A stretch of DNA of 64,000 bases from Nitrososphaeria archaeon (GCA_029776065.1 JARVJP010000011.1:214961-278960); one strand, 5' to 3'; numbered from the stretch's first letter, positions 49,321 to 59,366 are shown. Made by a program: numbers and translations. Notes: generated by a model from the sequence alone, not told the origin.

Positions 49321-49589
49321 TTCCTATCAACCTCAACGAAAATTCTGTCAGCCATACCTCTGCCAAGAGCCAATCTCGACCCCCTCACTAAGACCTCTAC
49401 TGGTCCATGGAATGGTGCTGACTTCACAACCGTTATCCTCGTACCAGGTGTTATACCCAAGTCCATAAGCCTCTTCTCAAAGCCCCAACCTTTCCCATGA
49501 CGGGGCATTATGGAGGAGACAACACCGCTTTCCCCGTCTCTTAGGGTGGATAATGGTACTTCAACTCTTCCAGAGCTCTGTCTTTCCAT
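49317..49589 (-). CDS. feoA: FeoA family protein
   Basis: SH3-like FeoA domain (..GESGVVSSI...LMDLGITPGTRITVV..). 4-nt overlap with feoB. Confidence 0.85.
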   Translation of the reverse strand: MERQSSGRVEVPLSTLRDGESGVVSSIMPRHGKGWGFEKRLMDLGITPGTRITVVKSAPFHGPVEVLVRGSRLALGRGMADRIFVEVDRK

Positions 49590-49603
49590 AGAATATCAAT
49601 CAC

Positions 49604-50269
49604 CTATTCTATCCGTCTTACTTTTATTATTGATGCGACTTCGTGACTTAATACTCGATTGGCCTTGCCGACCTTTAGAGTTATAGGGCCATCAAAAGGG
49701 GCCTTATCTAAGATTTCTATTTTAGTATTAGGTACAAGTCCAAGTGTACCTAAATAATGCAATAGTTCAGGTTTTTCTTCTATTACTTTCATTATCATGC
49801 AGCTTTCTTTTACGTTAAGCTCTACCAGAGGTTGTGATTTTTCTTCGATTATTCCTCCACACTTAGTGGGGATAGGGTTGCCATGGGGGCATGTCTTAGG
49901 GTGGTTAAGAGCCTTCTCAAGTTTCTTTATTACATCGTTATCGATAGCGTGTTCAAGCTTACATGCCGCCTCATGTGCTTTCTCCCACTCCACATGTAAA
50001 ATGTCAGTAAGTAGTCTCTCAGATAATCGGTGCCTTCTAATAACGTTCAAAGCTATCCTTTGGCCCTTGTCAGTGAGCTTTGCACCTTTATAAGGCACAT
50101 GAACTATTAAACCATCCCTTTCCAGTCTTTCAACAGTATTAGTAACGGTTCCAGGAGATACTTTAAGCGATGCAACAATATCAGATGTTCGAGCAACTTC
50201 TTTTTTTTCTTGAAGCTTATAAATAACTTCAAGATATTCCTCAACTATCGGCGTAACCTCTTTGCTCAT
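49604..50269 (-). CDS. DtxR/MntR-family metal-dependent transcriptional repressor with C-terminal FeoA-like domain
   Basis: N-terminal wHTH + dimerization/metal domain (..RHRLSERLLTDIL..H..E..). C-terminal FeoA/SH3-like (..LGLVPNTKIEIL..). Confidence 0.85.
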   Translation of the reverse strand: MSKEVTPIVEEYLEVIYKLQEKKEVARTSDIVASLKVSPGTVTNTVERLERDGLIVHVPYKGAKLTDKGQRIALNVIRRHRLSERLLTDILHVEWEKAHEAACKLEHAIDNDVIKKLEKALNHPKTCPHGNPIPTKCGGIIEEKSQPLVELNVKESCMIMKVIEEKPELLHYLGTLGLVPNTKIEILDKAPFDGPITLKVGKANRVLSHEVASIIKVRRIE

Positions 50270-50905
50270 ACAACATCACTACGAACGCACTAAATCAAAA
50301 CTACGATAAGTCGTATATTTAAACATGATGCCTTATAAAAACTAACGAAAAAGTTGGATTGTAACTTAAACCAATTTGCAACTACGTTTATTTTTCATTG
50401 TAGCTCATTCACTAATGTTCAAAGGCCATCCTTCGCTAAGCGCCTGAGCTGCCTTATTCCTTGCGCTCTGAAGAAGTCTCCAAACCGTTCCTTTGAAAAT
50501 TCCCATCTTGATCAACTAAGCTACTATCTCCAACTCTTGCCGCACATATAAGTTGGCTTACGCAGGCTATGTGTGGGACTTCATCTTTCCTTTTATAAAA
50601 AAGAAGAGGAACTGGGACTATGTTGATTTATGCTACTTCCTTTGACACTTTCTTGGCCATAGCGTATACTATTGGTACTAGCATTATAGCGAGAGTTATT
50701 GCGAAATCCCATGAAATAATTAGAATTCCAGAAATATTTCTGTCATCACATTTTCTTGATATAAATAATACTTATTTACTATACAAATTTTATCGTGAAT
50801 TCTTTGGCTTTATTGACAAGTTACGTCTTCACTGGTTTCTATTAACCGTATTTTATATGGTTCTTAGCTATTACTCTTTTGTCCTCGATTAGTGCACGTT
50901 TTACT

Positions 50906-51190
50906 CTAGTTCTTAAGGAATAAAATTATCTTACTTACTTGAAGTTCGCATATCTTCCTTATTCCTCTTTTCCCTGGGGAATAGCTTACCTTGATCAAAT
51001 TTAAATCTTCTAAATTACTAATTTCTTCGCTAATGTATGCCTCGCTAAGATCAAGGCGAAGAGCGATTGTTGAGATATCTAACTTTTCATTAGCTAGCAA
51101 TTGTAATATCCTAAAGCTTGTCCTTGATGAAAGTGCTTGAGCCATTTTGAAGACTTCCTCTCCTTCAACGTATATCTCATTAAGCGGCAA
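50906..51190 (-). CDS. ArsR-family HTH transcriptional regulator
   Basis: ..SRTSFRILQLLANEKLDISTIALRLDLSEAYISEEISNLEDLNLIK.. canonical ArsR HTH. Confidence 0.65.
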   Translation of the reverse strand: MPLNEIYVEGEEVFKMAQALSSRTSFRILQLLANEKLDISTIALRLDLSEAYISEEISNLEDLNLIKVSYSPGKRGIRKICELQVSKIILFLKN

Positions 51191-51302
51191 TCATGATCGC
51201 CTTAGACGTATAATTTCCCCATATAAATACTTATAAGTATAATTAATTTATTAATAGTATAATATATTAGTAATATTTATAAGTTATATTCAATAAGTAT
51301 GG

Positions 51303-51926
51303 GTGGTCGAAGCACTTATGTCAAAAAAGGAAGAAGTAAAAACTGAAGAGACAACAGGAGGGAAAGGTATCGACGTCTATGGAGCTGAGGCCTACGCTGA
51401 ATCTGCAAAAGCTGTTCGTGAAGTCGGTGCAAGAGTAGTCCTATCAATAATAGCAGCTATACTAATATGGCTATTTGGAGAAATGATTTTCTTACCTATA
51501 GCGAAGTCGATGGCACAAGTATTCTACGGATATCCAGTACATTCAATAATTAGCTTCATAATTGTGGTTGTACTTGCTATCATAATATTTTCAGTATTCG
51601 TGGATATAAGGAAACTGACTAGTGGAATCGCGGGAATACTGGCTTTCGAAGTTGGGAAAGTAAGCGGAGAATCTAACATCGAATCATTTAGGCATTACAG
51701 GATAGCCTTAGATGGCATAATATATGTAATTGTCGTGTCATTAGCGTACCTATTGTTTGCGGATTACCTAGGGCAAATTCACCCAGCAATACCTGCTATA
51801 CTATTGATCCTGATCGTAATATGGTCTGTATTTGCCTTGTGGAGGAGTACAAGAGCTATAGCATCTGAATTAGGACGCCATACATCGAAGTGGGCTGAAG
51901 AACTTGAAAAACGTTCCAAAAAGTAA
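51303..51926 (+). CDS. Hypothetical membrane protein (paralog 1 of tandem pair)
   Basis: 4 TM. Shares ..LIWLFG..(I/V)F(L/I)PIA.. block with the next gene. Confidence 0.55.
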   Translation: MVEALMSKKEEVKTEETTGGKGIDVYGAEAYAESAKAVREVGARVVLSIIAAILIWLFGEMIFLPIAKSMAQVFYGYPVHSIISFIIVVVLAIIIFSVFVDIRKLTSGIAGILAFEVGKVSGESNIESFRHYRIALDGIIYVIVVSLAYLLFADYLGQIHPAIPAILLILIVIWSVFALWRSTRAIASELGRHTSKWAEELEKRSKK

Positions 51927-51986
51927 TGGTTGCTCTATACTGAGCTATTCCCTTTTTTTTGCTAAAAAAATTTTAAGTGAACCGCC

Positions 51987-52466
51987 TTGAACTCTAAAAA
52001 GGAAGTCTTCGAAGAAGACGAGACGGCTGTAAAAAGTATCAAATATAGTACAACATATAACCTTTCTGCTGCAGTCTTAATATGGCTCTTCGGGGTTCTG
52101 GTATTTATCCCTATAGCGGACACAATTAACGTTCAAACAAGACTTTTTGTAAATCTGATTGTATTTATTCCCTTTACAATTCTATTACTCAAAGCTGTTC
52201 CAAGAGTTAAAAGATTGTTAGAGGTTTTTGCAGTAGTTTTAGCTAAGAAATTTAAATTTATGGAAGTCAAAGAGGATGAACAGATTATAGTCTTCAAAAA
52301 GTTTCTTCACATGATGTTTATTATAGTCGTATATTTGTTTTATTTTCCTTTTTTGAATAATTTTCATCCTGCGATAAATGGTATAGTACTTATTGTTGCT
52401 CTACTTTGGAACTTCTTTTTACTCTTTGGAATATTACAAATAGCACTCAACAGTAAAATGAAATAA
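51987..52466 (+). CDS. Hypothetical membrane protein (paralog 2 of tandem pair)
   Basis: VLIWLFGVLVFIPIADT vs ILIWLFGEMIFLPIAKS in upstream gene. Similar topology. Confidence 0.5.
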   Translation: MNSKKEVFEEDETAVKSIKYSTTYNLSAAVLIWLFGVLVFIPIADTINVQTRLFVNLIVFIPFTILLLKAVPRVKRLLEVFAVVLAKKFKFMEVKEDEQIIVFKKFLHMMFIIVVYLFYFPFLNNFHPAINGIVLIVALLWNFFLLFGILQIALNSKMK

Positions 52467-52478
52467 AGGTGAGTTGAA

Positions 52479-53453
52479 TTGTTTGAAGAACTTGGTCTTT
52501 TAGGTAATGCTATAGTCTTACTATTGTCATTTCTCGTCTTAAGTAAAGCAAGCGATGTAGTTGTAGAATACGCAGAGAAACTTGCGTTTGTGACCGGCAT
52601 TTCAGCTACAACAATAGGCTTTTTGCTAATTTCTTTTTCCACATCTTTGCCAGAGTTCTCAATAGCGCTATCTGTGCTGATCACAGGTGAAGGAATAGGT
52701 TTACCCTTTGGTAACGTCTTAGGTGCGAACATTACCAACATAACCCTAATATTGGGTATTTGTTATCTGGTATTATTCCTAAAAAAAGGGAACTCTAACT
52801 CCATAAATCAGATTCAAAAAGAAGAAATCAACAGTTTAAATTTTGGTCTTTTCATTGCATCCACGATCCCTTTAGCCTTACTCTATCTAGGAGAAGCTAG
52901 CAAGTTTATTGGCATAATACTTGTATTTGTATTCATTTTGTCCTCCTTCCAAATTTCAGTTTCCGAGAAGGAAAAAAGTGAGAAGGCATCAAAAGAAGAA
53001 AGAAAGAAGATTAAAAAATATGCCCTGCTCATATTTATAGGTATTATTGGCGTACTTATGTGCGGGGCACTTATTGTTGACTCGGCAACCTACATCGCGT
53101 TAGAATTAGGTGTGCCTGAAGTTATAATTGGGGCGACAATCGTGGCGTTTGGAACTACTGTCCCTGAGTTATCTGTGAACATATCCGCTGTGCGGAAAGG
53201 AAAGATAGGGATTATGCTTGGAAACGTTATTGGGAGTTGTTTTATCAATATAACATGTATCTTAGGTCTCGCATTAATAGCCTTACCATTCGCTGTAAGC
53301 TTATCTGCGTTTACGAACCTAGTACTATTCTCTATAATAGCTAAGTTGTTTTTATGGTACTTTCTCTCAGGATTAAAAATGACATGGAAAGAGGGTATAA
53401 TCTTCCTATTTCTGTATGGTCTGTTCTTAGCTACTAGTTTTAGTTCTTATTAA
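52479..53453 (+). CDS. Ca2+/cation antiporter (CaCA family, YrbG-like Na+/Ca2+ exchanger)
   Basis: Alpha-1 (..GISATTIGFLLISFSTSLPEFSIAL..) and alpha-2 (..GVPEVIIGATIVAFGTTVPELSVNI..) repeats. Confidence 0.85.
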   Translation: MFEELGLLGNAIVLLLSFLVLSKASDVVVEYAEKLAFVTGISATTIGFLLISFSTSLPEFSIALSVLITGEGIGLPFGNVLGANITNITLILGICYLVLFLKKGNSNSINQIQKEEINSLNFGLFIASTIPLALLYLGEASKFIGIILVFVFILSSFQISVSEKEKSEKASKEERKKIKKYALLIFIGIIGVLMCGALIVDSATYIALELGVPEVIIGATIVAFGTTVPELSVNISAVRKGKIGIMLGNVIGSCFINITCILGLALIALPFAVSLSAFTNLVLFSIIAKLFLWYFLSGLKMTWKEGIIFLFLYGLFLATSFSSY

Positions 53454-53519
53454 AAGGTTAATGAAGAAAGTAATCTCGCATCAAAGCTTTAATAATGTTG
53501 AATCGATAAGATAATCATC

Positions 53520-54836
53520 ATGGATGTTAAAAAAGAAAAAGGAGATAACTCAATATTATTCGACTCCTTACGTGGCCATAAAAAGTGTGTCGGAATCATC
53601 CACTATTCGGCTCCGCCAACTGAGAAAGGGGGGGTTGAGAGGGTCATCGACGCACATATAAGATTTCTCGCTAAAAGGATTGAATATACGATTCATATGA
53701 TCTATGGAGTTGGCGGTGGATACAAAAATGACAAAATCCTTGAAAGTAAGATTTCAGTACTATCTCCACAAAATCAAGAAGTCAAGACAACTCAAGAGTT
53801 GATACTTTCTGAGAGAAGAGAGGTTAAATCTTTCATTAGCCTTAAAAATAAAATTAAATCTCGGCTGAACCCTATTTTAACGGACTTAGATGTTTGTATA
53901 GTTCATAATATTCCTTCGATGCCTTTTAATCTTGCTGCCACTGCTGCTATAAATGAGCTTGCCGATGAATTAAAAACAAGATTTGTCTTCTGGATCCATG
54001 ATATTGCCCTATTAAGGCAAGAGTGGATAGGGAAGGAAAAAGAATTCCCAGCAAATCTATTCCTCCATAAGAGTCCTAATATAACCTATGTCACTGTTAC
54101 TGAATACAGAGCACGTCAACTGAGGGAACTGCAACTTGATAACGTTCAAGTTATACCAAATGGGGTAAACATTGAAGATTATCTTAAAATTGATAAAGTG
54201 ACTCTTGAGTTAATGCATAGATTAGGTATTAAGTTTCAGGACCTTATCATTCTAGTTCCCGTGAGAGTTACGCCTAGAAAGAACATTGAGATGGCTATTT
54301 GGGTCGCTGACGAGTTAAAGCATTTATTAGGTTCCGATCAGACGCTCAAAGTTTTAGTGACAGGCCCACCAGATCACCAAGCGACAACCATGGGTATGGA
54401 TTATTTAGAGTATCTTAATAAGTTAATAAAGAGAAGGGGGCTAGAAGAAGAAATCATCTTTTGCCATGACCTAATCTCATATGATAGAGTGTTTGTAGGT
54501 AATAGAGTGTTGAAGTGGAGCGTAGGTGATGTATATTCAATTTCGGATTTAGTCTTTGTACCTAGCAAAGAAGAAGGTTTTGGTCTACCAGTAATAGAAG
54601 CTGGTGCAGCAAGAAAGATGGTTTTTTGTTCACGGATACCCCCATTCCAAGAGCTGATTAAGGAAGATATTGACGGTTTCATGTTCGACTTAAATGGAAG
54701 TCCTAAAGATGTGGCTTTCCGAATTTATAAAGAATATATTCTTGACATTGTCGGTTCAAACTTTAACAATGTCGCAAGAAGGTTCACATGGGACGCCATA
54801 CTTGCTAAAAGATTTCTTAGTCTTCTAAACATTTAG
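53520..54836 (+). CDS. Glycosyltransferase family 4 (GT-B, retaining)
   Basis: C-terminal E-x7-E motif region ..VPSKEEGFGLPVIEAGAARKMVF... Confidence 0.75.
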   Translation: MDVKKEKGDNSILFDSLRGHKKCVGIIHYSAPPTEKGGVERVIDAHIRFLAKRIEYTIHMIYGVGGGYKNDKILESKISVLSPQNQEVKTTQELILSERREVKSFISLKNKIKSRLNPILTDLDVCIVHNIPSMPFNLAATAAINELADELKTRFVFWIHDIALLRQEWIGKEKEFPANLFLHKSPNITYVTVTEYRARQLRELQLDNVQVIPNGVNIEDYLKIDKVTLELMHRLGIKFQDLIILVPVRVTPRKNIEMAIWVADELKHLLGSDQTLKVLVTGPPDHQATTMGMDYLEYLNKLIKRRGLEEEIIFCHDLISYDRVFVGNRVLKWSVGDVYSISDLVFVPSKEEGFGLPVIEAGAARKMVFCSRIPPFQELIKEDIDGFMFDLNGSPKDVAFRIYKEYILDIVGSNFNNVARRFTWDAILAKRFLSLLNI

Positions 54837-56248
54837 ATTTTAGGTATTAACTCTGCGCTCCTTAATCGACTGTAAGTAGATTGGTTTGAGCGTCTTTTCA
54901 TCAACGTGCTTAATACTAGATAATCTGAGTTACTGACGCAAGAACTCCAAGCTGGTAAGCAGTCTTTTAATTGTATGGGGTTCTGCAAAGTTTCAGTCAT
55001 TATTGAAGAAAATAGGTTAAGCCTCTGGGTATCTGTCTGTTTAGAGTAAAATATGGGTTCCTTAACTCTCCGCTTAACATCCTTTTTTAATGCGTTAAAA
55101 ACTCTACGATGCTCTTTAAATAATGAATAGGCTTCTTCTACGTACATTTGAACTAATCCATCGACTTCTTCTTTGGTTAGTTGTACATTGTTCTTTTTCA
55201 GGATGTTTATAAAATATGTTGTGATCTGTTGTACCATGTTTTGAAGACCCTTTGTCGATTGGCCAATATGATAGAATAGGTCTAAATCCGATTGACATAT
55301 GTATTTAAGGCCATGTTTTTGGGCGATTTGGTAGAGGATTGCTATCTCAACACTATAATCATAGGGAAATTCAATTTTTTCGAGTACCTCTCTAATGATC
55401 GCGCTCTCGCCTGAAAGGGGATATCTTAAAGTCTCTAAACCCCCAAAGATCGTTGGATACCTCATCGACAATACTTTGATTAAAGGTAACGCAAAAAGTC
55501 TTGAGACTCTACCACCGAAAACGTAATCTTTATGCTCTGATTCATACCTTAAAGTTAACCTTTTATAAAACGCTTTCGTCATTTGATAATTTAACCTTTT
55601 GTTTCTTATGGAACTAACTAAGGGATGGCATAAGGCAACCACCATTTCCTTCTCAAAGTTCATGATATCGGAGTCAAGAAAACATAAAATGTCACCTTTT
55701 GTTAATGGTATAAACATCCACAAAGCAGTCCCCTTGCCAGGTGGCATATGACTTGCATTTTTCAGTTGGGGGACCTTCGAAGTTATCAGCTTAGCTATAT
55801 TGGGGTCATATTGGTGGACCACCTTCACGAAAAAGTCAAAAAAACCTCTACTTGCATGCATAGCTTCTGCTTTACTAGAGGCGATCAGCCCTACCTCTCT
55901 TCTAAAAAGGCTTAGGTAAAGATATGCAGTTTTAATCACCTTAATCAACACGCTGTAATCAGGTTTATTTAGTTTGTTCACCGAACCATCCAAGACTATG
56001 ATTTCATCCACATATCCAAGGTCAGCTAACTGACTACACTCTCTAAGCATCTTCCCTAAAGTTTCAAGTTCCTTTCTTCTTGACTTTCTTCCAACGTCGA
56101 TTTTGGTTGGAATTGCGATCGAAATTGTTAAAGGCCTTTTTAATCCAGCTTCGTCTACAACCATTGTATCTAATTTTTCCCTAACAGACCGCTTTAAGTC
56201 AACTTCCTTGACTGAACCAACAACAGGAGCTGATACAACTTTAACCAT
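54833..56248 (-). CDS. Glucosyl-/mannosyl-3-phosphoglycerate synthase-like GT-A glycosyltransferase (GpgS/MpgS family, GT81/GT55-like)
   Basis: PGKGTALWMFIPLTKGDILCFLDSDI closely matches the GpgS block PGKGEALWRSLAATSGDIVVFIDSDL (DxD). N-terminal ISIAIPTK.. matches ISVVLPALNEE... Confidence 0.65.
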   Translation of the reverse strand: MVKVVSAPVVGSVKEVDLKRSVREKLDTMVVDEAGLKRPLTISIAIPTKIDVGRKSRRKELETLGKMLRECSQLADLGYVDEIIVLDGSVNKLNKPDYSVLIKVIKTAYLYLSLFRREVGLIASSKAEAMHASRGFFDFFVKVVHQYDPNIAKLITSKVPQLKNASHMPPGKGTALWMFIPLTKGDILCFLDSDIMNFEKEMVVALCHPLVSSIRNKRLNYQMTKAFYKRLTLRYESEHKDYVFGGRVSRLFALPLIKVLSMRYPTIFGGLETLRYPLSGESAIIREVLEKIEFPYDYSVEIAILYQIAQKHGLKYICQSDLDLFYHIGQSTKGLQNMVQQITTYFINILKKNNVQLTKEEVDGLVQMYVEEAYSLFKEHRRVFNALKKDVKRRVKEPIFYSKQTDTQRLNLFSSIMTETLQNPIQLKDCLPAWSSCVSNSDYLVLSTLMKRRSNQSTYSRLRSAELIPKI

Positions 56249-56272
56249 GATAATTTAATAATAACAATTATC

Positions 56273-56926
56273 CTATATAAATTTGCTATAATCAAGATCT
56301 AGTAACTCCGAAAAACTGGAAACCTTTAGGTCACAGACTCCCTCTAAACTTTTACTTTTTGGGTTAAAAGCAATAGCAAAATCAGATTCAGTGCTCATGC
56401 AAAAATCGCTTTCCCCATCTCCTATCGTTATTGTCCAAGGGTTAAACAGTCTACGACACTGACGTAGAAACCAAAGTTTACATACGTAATATCTTCTACA
56501 GCCTCTAATTTCTTGGCATTTATACTCAGAAGTTATGCGTCCAGTAAATCTTCCATTTATAATTTCAACATCAAGGCCATATACAAGGTTGACGTTTAGT
56601 TTCTTAGCTAAATTTTCAGCTAAAAATTGATAAGAATCAGTAGCGATAGCTGTTATAAACCCTTCTTGCCTAATAAATTCTATGAACTCTTCCACATAGG
56701 GGTTTAATGGGATTTTGTTAAATGTGCTTTGGATATCCCTAACCGCTATGTCTTGGAATAGCTTTGCTACTTTCTCTGCAATCTTAAAGGCTGGGAGTTT
56801 GCTACTTTCTTTATCGATTTTATCAAGTTCATTCTTTAAATTGTAAGCTTCGCATAATACGTCAACAGTCCTCTGCGCTAAAAGAGTTCCATCCATATCT
56901 AAAATCACAAGCTTGTTCAACACCAA
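56273..56926 (-). CDS. HAD-superfamily phosphatase (phosphoserine-phosphatase-like, HAD-IB)
   Basis: Motif I ILDMDGTL, motif IV ..IGDGESD... 10-nt overlap with downstream GT4 gene. Confidence 0.75.
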   Translation of the reverse strand: MVLNKLVILDMDGTLLAQRTVDVLCEAYNLKNELDKIDKESSKLPAFKIAEKVAKLFQDIAVRDIQSTFNKIPLNPYVEEFIEFIRQEGFITAIATDSYQFLAENLAKKLNVNLVYGLDVEIINGRFTGRITSEYKCQEIRGCRRYYVCKLWFLRQCRRLFNPWTITIGDGESDFCMSTESDFAIAFNPKSKSLEGVCDLKVSSFSELLDLDYSKFI

Positions 56927-58065
56927 ACACCATGGTAATTAACTGCTCGTTTATAGGCTTCAGATACAACAGTGGCGACCTTTTCCCAAGTGAATTGGTT
57001 GGTAACCCATTTGTTTCCATCTAATCCCATTTTAATTGCTCTATCAGGATCTTTTAGAAGCATTGATGTTGCTTTTGCTAGTGATCGCCAATCTCTTGGA
57101 GGAACCAATATACCTGTTTCAAAGTTCTTAACAACTTCAGGGATAGCACAGTTGTTAAAAGCAACTACGGGTTTGCCGCATGCTTGAGCCTCAGCTGGTG
57201 GGATTCCAAAACCCTCCCATAAACTAGGAAAGCAAAAGACGTCGCACGTTGAATAAAACTGAGGAACTTCTTCATCGGGTATATATCCTGTGAAGATGAA
57301 TCTTTCTCTGATTTTTTGGTTGGTTAATAATCTGCTGATTTTGATGAAATCATGCCTTGAAGTACCTGCAACAATGAAATATGTGTTAGGAACCTCTTTT
57401 AATATTAAGGGTGCTGCTTGAAGTATGTATTGAACACCTTTATATGGTACTAAGCGTCCAAAAAATAGGACTAAAGGTTTGTCTCCGAGTTTATAGCGTT
57501 CCCTTATCAAATCACCTTTCACACTTAGGTTAAATCGTCTAAAATCAATCCCATTATAACATACTAGAATCCTATCACTTGGAAAGTAATACTTCTCAAC
57601 AAGTTCACGCTTTAAATATTCGCTTACTGTTAAAATGTAGTCAATACCATACTTTAAGGCTATAAACGTTCCTAATCGGTGGTCGATCATCTTTAACATT
57701 TGCCTAATACTTGACCAAACTCTAACAGGTGCGAAACCATGATAGGTAAAAACATGAGGTTTCCCTTTTATTAAATGAGATAAACTTCCCGCTAAGACGC
57801 CAGGATGATATTGAGAATGAACTATGTCGAAGTCTTCAATGAACTTAAGAAGCGAGAGAGAAAAGGTAAAGTGACGGAAGAAGAGGGTGTTCTTTAAAGG
57901 GTCATTCACTATATTCACAGGAATATCTCCTAAATTTTCTAAAGATTGTCTACAAAAGACTTCAACATAGTGATTCTTTGCCTTTAGTGCTTTAGCTGTT
58001 TCCTTTATGTGAACAACCTGCCCTGACCCTCTATTTAACGTAGTTCGAATAACTGCAACTCTCAT
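56917..58065 (-). CDS. Glycosyltransferase family 4 (GT-B)
   Basis: ..FCFPSLWEGFGIPPAEAQACGKPVVA.. E-x7-E motif. Rossmann-like halves. Confidence 0.8.
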   Translation of the reverse strand: MRVAVIRTTLNRGSGQVVHIKETAKALKAKNHYVEVFCRQSLENLGDIPVNIVNDPLKNTLFFRHFTFSLSLLKFIEDFDIVHSQYHPGVLAGSLSHLIKGKPHVFTYHGFAPVRVWSSIRQMLKMIDHRLGTFIALKYGIDYILTVSEYLKRELVEKYYFPSDRILVCYNGIDFRRFNLSVKGDLIRERYKLGDKPLVLFFGRLVPYKGVQYILQAAPLILKEVPNTYFIVAGTSRHDFIKISRLLTNQKIRERFIFTGYIPDEEVPQFYSTCDVFCFPSLWEGFGIPPAEAQACGKPVVAFNNCAIPEVVKNFETGILVPPRDWRSLAKATSMLLKDPDRAIKMGLDGNKWVTNQFTWEKVATVVSEAYKRAVNYHGVWC

Positions 58066-58151
58066 TTTATATAATCTACCATTAAATATCTAATAAGTGT
58101 TTTCAATGCTGGGAAAGATATATTAAATATGTTTATCTTATTTCTAATGAA

Positions 58152-59366
58152 ATGGGGATCAGAAAACCCTTAGAAGTAGGACGTGCAGACATCCTTGTAG
58201 GGATACCATCATATAATAATGTTTCAACAATAGCTTATGTGATCGATCAAGTTTCAAAAGGCCTGGACAAATTCTTTCCCGGCATGAAGAGTGTCATAGT
58301 TGTTTCTGATGGCAACTCTAATGATGGAACATTTGAAATCGCTAAATCAGTTAATTTACCAAAGAATATCCACTTGATTGCCAAAATTTATGATGGGGTA
58401 CCTGGAAAAGGTTCTGCTATAAAATTAGCCTTAAAAATCGCAAAAAGGCTTGGATGTCGAGCAATGGCCATGGTTGACTCAGATCTAAGGAGCATAACCC
58501 CAGAATGGATGCACCTACTCATAAAACCAATATTCGAAGGAACAGGACTCACCACTCCTAGATATTCCAGATATAAATACGACGGGACAATTACAAATCA
58601 AGTGATCTACCCCTTCACGTTATCCCTTTTTGGTGTAAATATCCGTCAGCCAATAGGTGGGGATTTTGGGTTGTCAAAAGAGCTTATAGAATTAATGATA
58701 AACTCGCTTTTATGGCGCACACCCTACACACCTCGATTTGGAATCGACATATCGATAACCCATACCGCTTTAGCACATGATCTTGAAGTAAAAGAAGCAT
58801 TTTTAGGAAGTAAGATACACGACGTTAAGGATCCTACGAAGCATCTAGGACCTATGTTCAAACAAGTTATCGGGGCTCTTTTCACATGCACTGACCTCTA
58901 CTTTGATAAGTGGAAGAATGTTAACACAATAAGCGACCCAAACCTTATTAGAGGAAGTATGGGAGATCAAGAACCTGAACCCTTTGAAGTAGGCTATGAG
59001 GGTGCGTTGGATACTTTTAAATGCGAATTAGAAAGGCATCAGGAAACAATACAAAGAGTTTTACCAAAGTACCTATTACAATCTCTGAAGGAGAGCTCGG
59101 TTAGTGAAGCATCGATCACCGCCAAAGATTGGGCCAGAATCACCTACCATTTTGCCAACTATTTCAATCAAGTCAGAGAAGAAGATAAGGATGAAGTGAT
59201 TGAAGCTTTTAAAGTCTGCTGGATTGGGAGAGTAGGTAATTTCGTGAAGGAGACATTGGAATTATCAAACTCTGAAGCGGAAGCAAAGATAATTTCTGAC
59301 GCAATGGCCTTCGTACAAGAGAAACCATATCTAGTATCTCTATGGTGTAATAAGTTTGGTTTTTGA
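58152..59366 (+). CDS. Second GpgS/MpgS-family GT-A glycosyltransferase paralog
   Basis: ..GVPGKGSAIKLALKIAKRLGCRAMAMVDSDL.. and ..IGGDFGLSKELIELM.. (cf. GpgS SGEYAASRELLTSL). N-terminal ..ILVGIPSYNN... Confidence 0.6.
   Translation: MGIRKPLEVGRADILVGIPSYNNVSTIAYVIDQVSKGLDKFFPGMKSVIVVSDGNSNDGTFEIAKSVNLPKNIHLIAKIYDGVPGKGSAIKLALKIAKRLGCRAMAMVDSDLRSITPEWMHLLIKPIFEGTGLTTPRYSRYKYDGTITNQVIYPFTLSLFGVNIRQPIGGDFGLSKELIELMINSLLWRTPYTPRFGIDISITHTALAHDLEVKEAFLGSKIHDVKDPTKHLGPMFKQVIGALFTCTDLYFDKWKNVNTISDPNLIRGSMGDQEPEPFEVGYEGALDTFKCELERHQETIQRVLPKYLLQSLKESSVSEASITAKDWARITYHFANYFNQVREEDKDEVIEAFKVCWIGRVGNFVKETLELSNSEAEAKIISDAMAFVQEKPYLVSLWCNKFGF

Noticed and set aside
50354-50892. Plus-strand ORFs 50354-50551 and 50620-50892 in the long feo-upstream gap
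   Set aside because: No recognisable domains, odd composition, and no SD/TATA context. Kept only as part of the non-coding-region finding.
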